35,278 bases of DNA from NCBI RefSeq assembly GCF_018977255.1, contig NW_024705547.1:1-35278 (forward strand). The letters run 5' to 3'. Both the position numbers and the translations under genes were made by a program. Origin of the DNA: Callorhinchus milii. Taxonomy: Eukaryota. The stretch's first letter is position 1, and every line of letters starts with the position of its first letter. The notes under the pieces were generated by a model. That model was given only the letters and a program-made list of their open reading frames with translations. It was not told where the DNA came from and made no database searches. Shown here in pieces: positions 1 to 7,954 of the stretch.

Positions 1-245
1 GTCTTTGACACAAATGCCAAAAGTGAGTGGTGTAATTCTCCACGAGGCTTCTAAAAAATTTGACTAAAACCCTTACAGTCAGTCAACCGGTAACATTTAC
101 AGACAATACCAGCCAATAACAGCACAGACATTTACTGCGGTTTCGTGCTTTCGCGTTTAATCCATCCCAGGATCATGTAAAATAGTGGTAGGTGTTTGTG
201 CACGTCCTGTGTGTCAATTGCCGCTGCCTATACACAGGTGTGTGT

Positions 246-348
246 GCTGCTGTGGATAGACCACTTGGCACACGACCAGGAGGTTGCTCGTTCAACTCCT
301 CGTCGGTGATCGACTCAGCACATTGCCCCTCTTGGAACAACTATACAC
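246..348 (+). mobile_element. Degenerate tRNA-derived SINE, 5' part; appears to continue at ~919-945 after an insertion
   Basis: B-box-like cgttcaactcc followed by atcgactcagc, a motif shared with 3235-3245(-), 6426-6436(-) and 16336-16346(-). Downstream gtaccacgatgctggaagctaag resembles the reverse complement of 6370-6395. Confidence 0.45.
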
Positions 349-421
349 AGTAAACATATAGCAGTATGATACACATTAGGGTGGGTAGAATAATACATAG
401 TGTTATATTAAAATGGATAAG

Positions 422-592
422 GCAGCAACTGCAGCAGCAGCAGCAAGTGCAGCAGCAGCAGCAAGTGCAGCAGCAGCAGCAACTGCAGCAGCAGCAAGTG
501 CAGCAGCAGCAGCAACTGCAGCAGCAGCAGCAAGTGCAGCAGCAGCAGCAACTGCAGCAGCAGCAGCAACTGCAGCAGCAGCAGTAACTGCA
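422..592 (+). repeat. Compound (GCA)n minisatellite with 15/18-bp units ending in ACT or AGT
   Basis: Direct reading: gcagcagcagcagcaact / gcagcagcagcagcaagt units repeated about 10 times. Confidence 0.95.
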
Positions 593-689
593 GCTCCCTT
601 TGATGCTGTTAATCCTGCATAATGCACATGCATATGCAGTACTAATTACATTCCTGCATTTCCCATAAATATGCTAAATTCCTGTTGAT

Positions 690-727
690 ATGCAAATTCC
701 TTTGTCAAGGCGCCCAGCTTATATATA
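690..727 (+). promoter_or_regulatory. Putative internal promoter of the pLTR: octamer ATGCAAAT (690-697) plus TATA-like tatatata (720-727)
   Basis: Motifs read directly ~60-100 bp upstream of the hammerhead. The TATA run is conserved in copy 4 (ttatatataa ~7785-7794), where the octamer reads ATGCACAT. Confidence 0.35.
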
Positions 728-781
728 TGCTCTAAGCCCGTGTGCTGTTTCATTCAGACTCTGTCGCCTCGACGGACCTGG

Positions 782-830
782 TTTTCACCTGAGGACGGCT
801 GCTTGCGTTGTGGCCGAAACGTCGTGAGAA
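782..830 (+). ncRNA. Minimal type I hammerhead ribozyme
   Basis: Stem I ttttcac(782-788)/gtgagaa(824-830); core CTGAGGA 789-795; stem II ggctgc/gtggcc; GAAA 816-819; CGTC with predicted cleavage after C823. Confidence 0.85.
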
Positions 831-1772
831 TTGTTTTATTATGTTTTATTTTTATTATTTTATTACTTCCCTTCTACGTGACTTTACCGAAAGAACCAAG
901 AAGAAAAAAACTATACACGTACCACGATGCTGGAAGCTAAGAGTCATCCGCCTTTCGAGATAGGCTGGTACCGTCAGGAGAACGTGGAATTCCTACCACT
1001 GGCTGAGAGCCACCAATGGAAATGAGTGCTGTCCTGTTGATTTGTTTGAGCGGTGAAAACATTCTCTCTGTTCTAAAATTGCCCAGTGATACGAGTTGTG
1101 ATCCACGGATTTATTTTTGGATCGCTGCAAATGTGTATTGCGAGATTCAAACAACACACGAACGCGTGTACAAAGCGCTCAGCCTCTGTGCATGATGAGA
1201 ACAACAAAACGTCAGCTTTTCCTGAAGAAGCGCATTTTGGTCATATTGTCTTAGATCACTATCAGAAACATTTGAGCAAATGTGACCGGCTGACAGGCAG
1301 CAGTGATGCAGAGATAGACATATTAGGACTCGTCGACTCGAGACACGCATTTTTTTCTGTTACGATTAACGGATTTGATTAAATGTGACGTGCTTTGAAA
1401 CCTTTTTGTTGTTGGTGTTGTAAAAAAAGTGTTCAAAGTAAAGTGGAAGATTGATGGATGACGGAAGGTGACTGAAGATGAGGACGCCCCGTTGAGGCTG
1501 TTGCAATTTTTTTTAAGCTGATTTTTGTGTTTCGTTTGTTTTCCTTCCCCCGCGCGACGGCTGCTCCGTGCGTGCGAAAGAAGTTTGACATACAGTCGAT
1601 AGACAGATGACTTGTGCCACACCGGTGGTTTGGAAGCTTTGTTTATGGTTGTCAACCTGCTCTCGGAGCAGACGGAGATTAACGCACACATTCCCTCTTG
1701 TCTAGACTCCAGACAACTGCGGACCAGTGGCCTGAGCGCTCGGTGCCTGCCACGCTTGACCAGAGGATTTAT

Positions 1773-2027
1773 TTTTCGATTTAAAGCTTTCGTGACTGCA
1801 GGGATTCATCTTCTTGGTTCTTTCGGTAAAGTCACGTAGAAGGGAGTAATAAAATAATAAAAATAAACATAATAAAACAATTCTCACGACGTTTCAGGAA
1901 AAGCTGACGTTTTGTTGTTCTCATCATGCACAGAGGACGGCTGCTTGCGTTGTGGCCGAAACGTCGTGAGAATTGTTTTATTATGTTTTATTTTTATTAT
2001 TTTATTACTTCCCTTCTACGTGACTTT
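1773..2027. mobile_element. PLE family A copy 2: inverted two-arm insertion with a templated filler
   Basis: Minus arm 1773-1895, filler 1893-1936, plus arm 1933-2030. A 14-bp TSD accagaggatttat lies at 1759-1772 and 2028-2041. Confidence 0.9.
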
Positions 2028-2382
2028 ACCAGAGGATTTATATTACACGTTGGAAGGGAGGTGGATTCGGGCCAACTGACAATTATTATCTAACAGCCAG
2101 GAGCAGAGGCGTGCAAGGTGTAATTTTAAACGCTTTACCTTTTAGCTCATAAGTGCTGCGGGGGGAGGTGGTGGAGGGAGGGGGATTCATGCCTGCGCGT
2201 CGCGTAAGTTGACGGGGCACACGCCAGCGTTTTGCCGTCGAAGTTGTCACAGAGCGAGTGAAGTCTATTCAGCAACATCGCACGCGTCGTCCCACTGCGG
2301 AAAGTGAAACACAGGGGCATCCGAAGCACAGGCCCTTCGTTTTGTTTATTCAACTATTCAACTGTTATTTTGGTTTTCGTTT

Positions 2383-2682
2383 CGCCAGGTAAGGTCCACT
2401 CAGCTATCTATCGCTATTTTTCAGATTAGCGACCTGGCCACAAATGATCGCTCAACGAAGCGGCGTATCACGTGGGAATTTACAGCAGCCAAACACTCTA
2501 ATCGCGTGATGTTGATTCTAAATGTGGAGGAGGGAAAACCCGGAGGACCCGGATAAAAATCCACGCTATCACGGGGAGACAGACATGCAAACTCCAAATA
2601 TACAGCACAGGCCTCAGGGTCGGGATTTACCCCACGACCTCCTGTATACCAGGCGAGGTATTTAACATCTCGCCACCATGGC
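2383..2682 (-). mobile_element. V-SINE-like tRNA-derived SINE
   Basis: The reverse complement contains V-domain-like ttggagtttgcatgtctgtctccccgtg...gcgtggatttttatccgggtcctccgggttttccctcc and a tRNA-like head (tggcgagatg...gggtaaatccc). Second copy at 4957-5215. Confidence 0.8.
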
Positions 2683-3111
2683 ACACATGGGGTGGGGAAT
2701 CGACTGCAATAATAGACGTGTAAATCATCACGTTGTTTCGTAATGCTTGTAACACCAAATACATAAATTCACTGCATATAGCACTGGGGGCATATGTTGT
2801 TTGCAAGCATTTGTTAAGGCCGCATATACGGGACATGGAAAAGGTGGCGTGGCCAGCCCTATGTTCGGCCGAATTTATCTCCAGAATGGAGATGCTTACA
2901 CGTGGTACCACGTGCCTCTTTCAAGCAGAGTTGACCTCGGCAAAGCCCAGAACAGGTTCAGACTTCACTTACCATTGATGCGCACGACGGAGAATGAAAC
3001 GCTTATCACAGAGATCTCCTCGGCACTGTGCAATGACCCCTTCACCGCTCCGCGCACACACCCCAAGAAAAGGATCCCCTGTATTGCATTAACAGACTGT
3101 TGGGGCAAGTG

Positions 3112-3352
3112 CTGTTAGCAAGCACCTATGAAGGCCGGCACGGCGCACGAGGGCGTGGGTGGCCAACGCCACGCCCGGCCGCCTTTGTCTCCCCAGTGGC
3201 GATGTGCACGCACCGCACTAGATACTCATGAGGCTGAGTCGACCTAGGGAGGCCCTGGACCGGTTCAGATAATCGTCACTGGTGTCGGCCGTGAGCGGGA
3301 ATCGAACTCGGGACGCCGGGTTCATAGCGCAGCGCGCTAGCCTCCACACTAG
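3112..3352 (-). mobile_element. tRNA-derived SINE with gtcgactcagcct...gagta...aaaggcggccgggcgtgg body (resembles Meta-domain-type SINEs)
   Basis: B box gagttcgattccc on the minus strand (3297-3309). Head is similar to the RTE-tailed SINE heads. Family assignment is from memory and tentative. Confidence 0.65.
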
Positions 3353-3723
3353 CGGACGCACACATACAGCACAAGTACATATTGGCAAGTAGAAACATGA
3401 AGGGCGTTAACTCCACAACACAATTGCCAATTTCCTAGCCAGTAAAAAAAAACTTTTAAGCTAGCTGCTAATTAGTATGCTGGACTGAGCATGTTTTTGC
3501 ACGACGCCTCTCTGTCATTTAATTGCATTTAATTGGCTTGTCTGGGGCACTTGCTATCCGTCTGCTAATGGAGTTGACCGTATCAGGCAGTTCACATTAT
3601 TTTAAAACCATCGGCACCTCTGACAATGCTCCCGTTATCGTGCACATATTTTGTTACGGACATGCCATTCATGCGAGTGCATTAGTTTTGCGCACCAATT
3701 ACACATTCGGGCGCGTTGACATT

Positions 3724-4046
3724 TGAACCTTATGGCAGGTCCCATAAGCCCCTGGCTCTCGCATAAACTGCGTTGCGACGTCATTTTATGTCTGTTGAAG
3801 GCGAACGACACGGCAATCCAGTCCTCTCGACGAGCTCTTCACGATGCACTAGTCAAAGTTTCAAAGTTTTGTTTCTTCTGCGCATTCGTCCTCGCTGCTG
3901 CGCTTGAACGACACGACAGAATGATCCGCGCCAGGTGGGTTGCAGCGTTGATGTGCGCGGTGGGATGGAGTCGCCAAAAATAAATAAATAATTTACGATT
4001 TTTACTTCCGTTTATTCGGGACCCCGGGGTCCCGCCATAAGGTTCA
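3724..4046. mobile_element. Non-autonomous TIR DNA element (MITE) with internal palindrome gggaccccggggtccc
   Basis: Termini tgaaccttatggcaggtccc / gggtcccgccataaggttca match 18/20 as inverted repeats. 3880-4050 is the reverse complement of 30612-30790. Confidence 0.8.
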
Positions 4047-4299
4047 TTTGCTATTAAGGAAGGGCGTATTCCAAAACGCTGAAAGTGAAATAATAACATT
4101 GCTTTATTATTATACTGTACTACCAATATTATTTCGTACACTAATGCCACTCAAAGTTGTGTACATTATACTCAATGTTGTCCAGTAGTTACACACAACC
4201 TCTGTTGAGAAAAGGACTACCTGCATGGATAGGTAACAGCAGCATACAAAAACACTGTTGTCATATATGAACACGCTACTTGCATGTTGGATAAGATTT

Positions 4300-4770
4300 C
4301 CCATTATCGTCGGCCAGTCTCTGCCCGCTGCTGAATGAAGGCCTCTCCCATGCCACTGCCACTCCTCTCGGTTCAGAAATCCCAAAATTATCTCACTCCT
4401 GGTTTCATCACTCCATCTCCATGGTGGTCGTCCTCTCAGGCGTGTTCTCTTCCATGGCTGCCATTCCATCACAAGTCCATCGGCCATCATCCCTGCCAGT
4501 GTCCTGCCACTCAAACAGTCCCTTTGACACCTCTGATTTTCTATTTTTCTGATGAATTTCAAGCATGTTCTTTGTCAACATCAATATTTCTGTTCCACGT
4601 ACTATATATCTGGCCATGCGCAATCAATGAAACGTGTCTACTTCGGGTACATCTGTGTGCTGTTTTTCAATGTCAAATTCAACTTTCCAAAAACATTTCA
4701 TCACTCTCTTTTTTCACCTCGCTATTTTACCATATTGATCCCAACCTGCCATCAATGATTGGCCGAGACT
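4300..4770 (-). pseudogene. Decayed 3' end of an RTE-clade LINE ORF
   Basis: Minus-strand frameshifted peptides GWDQYGK, GTEILMLTK, RDDGRWT, MEWQPWKRTRLRGRPPWRWSD and REEW, plus gaggccttcattcagcagcgg (EAFIQQ), match the C-terminal signature of RTE ORFs. Confidence 0.85.
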
Positions 4771-4956
4771 TGTTCTGCTATGACACGATCCGAGAGTTTG
4801 GCTGTTTGCACCAAATAATACATATTGCAATGTGTGTCCTTATGCGACGTGAACTTTAATAAACTATGCTTCTAATCGCTCCTGGATCAAACACTACAAT
4901 CTGAAACTCACAACCTGGATTCAATTGCTACTCTATAAACTAAATTATTTATATTT

Positions 4957-5215
4957 TACCAGGTAAGCCCCACTGAGCTATATAGCTTCTTTTCAGAATT
5001 GACCTGGCCACAAATTATAGCTCAACGAAGTGGCTTAACATGTGGAAATTTATGAGCTAAATATTATAAACGCATGAGGGCAAACCCAGGAGGATCCAGA
5101 CAACAAACTCACGCGACCAAGAAGAGAGAGACACCACAAACTCCAAATTTACAGGCGTCAGAACCCACGACCTCCTGCATACCAGGTGAGGTAGTTAACA
5201 TCTCGCCACCGTGGC
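4957..5215 (-). mobile_element. V-SINE-like SINE, second copy
   Basis: Colinear with 2383-2682 from ccaggtaag to aacatctcgccacc. Confidence 0.8.
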
Positions 5216-5239
5216 TCTGACAGCAAACATCGGTGGTCA

Positions 5240-5378
5240 GTAATATCAGCAGCGATCCTCGGCATTTCCTTCGCCAACCCGCCACAGACCAGCGTGGCGA
5301 ACTATGATCAAACGTTACTCATGGCCGACATGGCATGGCGAAGCCTTCAACCAGCAGTGAAATGATAAAGGGCTGTAC
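5240..5378 (+). mobile_element. 3' part of a tRNA-head/RTE-tail SINE
   Basis: ccagcgtggcgaactatgatcaaac...gaagccttcaaccagcagtg...gggctgta is shared with the other family copies. Confidence 0.65.
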
Positions 5379-6359
5379 ATTATCATTATATTCATATTAT
5401 TGTAGTGTAATACAATAAAATAACTATGAAGGTTGATGAAAAGTTATTACAAATCGAAAGGTTACATCATGGCACGTCGACGTTAAACCTTTAGAATCCT
5501 GTGCTTTTCGCTCATTTTTGTGAATCTTACGTAGGCTCTTTGAATAACAATACAAGTTCGATGAATAAGATTTAATGTGAGGAGATAATTGTGTCAGTCT
5601 GGGTCGACATCACTGCAGGATCATCAATTGAGCTCTTGTTGTAACTTGTTCCATGTCCCAGCGGCAGTGGTTAAATCAAAGCCCATGAAGCCAACTTAAG
5701 GGCCAAATCGAACCTCCCTCGGAGCTCGAGGTGTGGCAGCCCGCAACCCACTGCCACGCCAGGCCTCCCAAGTTTTGATTGTATATCACCGACAGCCACA
5801 AAATGCGACATTACTGTTCGCAAACGCAAATAAAAGGACAGCTATGTTTTTAAAAACGAATAAAACTACCTTGTAAGTGCTCTAAAATGCTTTCAAGAAC
5901 ACGAGATGTTCCAAAAAGTCACCATCTGACAGCATAATTGTTAGCAATTTTGGTTACGCACGTCACACAGCATGTGTATTTTACGTGCAGTAAAAGTATA
6001 TGTTTGCAGAAAGCAAAAAATATTTTGGCAACAAAAACACTGATTGTTGCGGTCGGTAACCTTTCAACACATATAAAGCTCTTCGGCAGTGATGCCTGTA
6101 AATGATAATAAACGTGCCTCTCCAAGTCATCACGCAGTGAAGCACGCGTACCTGCGTAAGAGATTCAATTATTTCCCAGCGCATAGTAATCGGAGATACA
6201 AATGTCAAGCGGGATTAATTAAAGGGCAAGCTCGTGATTTAGTAGGAGGATTTCGGGTTTTTTTTTTGTATTCCCACGCAGGAGCTGTCTCCAAACAGGG
6301 CTTCAGTGAAAACGACGAGAACGTTCTGCCAAGGAGCTGGCGCCCGGAGAGGGTCACTT

Positions 6360-6470
6360 ACTTCTTCAAACTTGACTTCCCACACTGGTGGTAATGTTTT
6401 TGTTCAATCCTGGATGAATGAATGGCTGAGTCGACCCCCTGACCCCCGATTGAACTCGCCATCTTCTTAT
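6360..6470 (-). mobile_element. Degenerate SINE fragment (gtcgactcagcc family)
   Basis: Reverse complement gagttcaatc...gtcgactcagccattcattcatcc...taccaccagtgtgggaag. Confidence 0.5.
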
Positions 6471-6605
6471 TATGAATCAATTGTTCTACCTCAGGGCCAC
6501 TTGGTAGGGAAATAATGTAACCATTGGGCATGCCAAGTCGATTAAATGTGGTCACACGTTTACCAGTCTCACACTTTGGAAATACATGGCAGAACATTGA
6601 ATATA

Positions 6606-6674
6606 TTGATTTGAAGCTTTCGTGACTGCGAGGATCCATACTCTTTGGTGACTTTACCGAAAGAACCAAACAGT
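6606..6674. mobile_element. PLE family A copy 3: very short inverted two-arm insertion (second subfamily)
   Basis: Minus arm gatttgaagctttcgtgactgcgaggatccatactctttggt, then plus arm gtgactttaccgaaagaaccaaacagtat. Probable TSD attgaatata 6596-6605 / attgcatata 6675-6684. Confidence 0.75.
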
Positions 6675-6785
6675 ATTGCATATAGTACAGAAGTTTTAAT
6701 ATGGATATCTTAACTATCTGAAACCGATATTCCAAACAAGGCCTCTTCCAGACTTCTATGAGTGAGATGGTACTGTAATGGAATG

Positions 6786-6986
6786 TACAGCCCTTTGTCC
6801 ATCCACTGCTAGATGAAGGCCTCTCCATATCGGTCATGGGGATTGACTGACCATATCCTTCAGGGGGCACCTCGAACCGGTTCACATCGCACTCACCGCC
6901 GCTCTAAGCCGTGGCCAGGAATCGAGCTCAGGTTGCCCAGGTTTGTAGCACAGTGTGACAACCACTCCTCCACCGTTGCCTCTCCA
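6786..6986 (-). mobile_element. tRNA-head/RTE-tail SINE
   Basis: The reverse complement has A box tggaggagtgg, B box gagctcgattcc and tail gaggccttcatctagcagtgg. Confidence 0.8.
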
Positions 6987-7025
6987 GCGAGACAATGCCG
7001 CTCCTATTTCCCAAGATGGGAGACT

Positions 7026-7235
7026 CAGTGGCATAGCGTTGTTCGCATGGGCCCTGGTGCAAGAAATGAAATGGGGCCTCCCCCTATGCACCCTTCACCT
7101 GGGCCTGCATCGTATTCACACTCAAAAGTTACCCCACCGGGGAGAGCCAATAGATTCATCACCAACACCTGGCTGAGAGCGAATCTGTGCCAATAAGCAG
7201 ATGCCACGCGTCTCGCCATCTTTAACGCTATGGCT
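7026..7235. mobile_element. Degenerate hAT-like MITE fragment
   Basis: Starts cagtggcatagcgtt, with a partial inverted match aacgctatg at 7224-7232. Shares gcatgggccctggtg with 30059-30225. Confidence 0.4.
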
Positions 7236-7632
7236 TTCGAACATGCGCGGAGTGGCGCGGTTACTCATCGCGGTCGTGACATCACCACGTTACACTCCCT
7301 TGTTTTGTGCTACAGAGGTCTTGTGAAAACACATGCCTGTGGCGGGGGAAGAAGTAATCATCATCATAATGTACTGTTTGCTTTATTGCAAAATTAATAT
7401 TCTTTGAGCTTAAAAAAAGGGTTGGTTATAAGGTTTCAAGGTATGTATGTTGAACTTTTTCGCGCTGTATGTAGTCAACAGTGCTAATCGGAGGTGAGGA
7501 GTAGTCAGTGTCGTATACATCTAATAAAAAAGCAGACTGTAATGTGTAAATAGTTCAATTTGCAGGCCACAGTTAACGTGAGCGGCGAATAATAACGGAA
7601 CCAGTCCTGTACAATGAACTGCTTTGGCAACC

Positions 7633-7954
7633 ATCTTCTTGGTTTTTTCGGTAAAGTCCACGTAGAAGGGAAGTAATAAAAATAATAAAAATAAAACATA
7701 ATAAAACAATTCTCACGACGTTTCGGCTACAACGCAAGCAGGCCGTCTTCAGGTGAAGAATGAGAACCTGTCAAGATGGGAGCTTTATATATAAGCTGAG
7801 TTGGGGGTGTAAGAAGAGCGCCTTAACAAAAGGATGTGCATATCAAGAGGAATTAAGCATATTTATTATTTTATTACTTCCCTTCTACGTGACTTTACCG
7901 AAAAAACCAAGAAGATGAATTCCTGCAGTCACGAAAGCTTTAAATCGAAAAAAA
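7633..7954. mobile_element. PLE family A copy 4: inverted two-arm insertion
   Basis: Minus arm 7633-7862, plus arm ~7863-7954 ending ctgcagtcacgaaagctttaaatcg(a)n. A 13-bp TSD tgctttggcaacc lies at 7620-7632 and 7955-7967. Confidence 0.9.
7710..7758 (-). ncRNA. Minimal type I hammerhead ribozyme
   Basis: Reverse complement ttcac CTGAAGA c ggcctgc ttgcgtt gtagcc GAAA cgtc gtgagaa. Confidence 0.8.

Larger units (their letters stand above)
670..908 (+). mobile_element. Penelope-like element terminal repeat (pLTR) fragment, family A copy 1
   Basis: Homologous to 7633-7862(-) from atatgctaaattcc to gaaccaagaaga. Contains a TATA-like run, a hammerhead motif and an AT-rich segment. A direct repeat aactatacac lies at 339-348 and 909-918. 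Confidence 0.8.

Noticed and set aside
366..633. PolyQ/polyA ORFs
   Set aside because: By-products of the GCA minisatellite, with no flanking domain or splice evidence.
782..905. CRISPR-like or prokaryotic repeat system
   Set aside because: Repeats are dispersed, in both orientations and bounded by TSDs. There are no regular spacers or cas genes, and the context is eukaryotic.
1183..1232. Hammerhead in the filler donor (tgatga...aaacgtc; ctgaaga)
   Set aside because: No CUGA/GAAA pair in the right order with a stem II; at most a decayed relic.
1930..1972. Functional hammerhead in copy 2
   Set aside because: The junction converts CUGAGGA to CAGAGGA and removes the 5' strand of stem I.
4335..4859. 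174-aa plus-strand ORF
   Set aside because: Antisense shadow of the decayed RTE ORF.
6358..6885. 175-aa minus-strand ORF
   Set aside because: Runs through a SINE, a PLE insertion and another SINE, with no recognisable domain.
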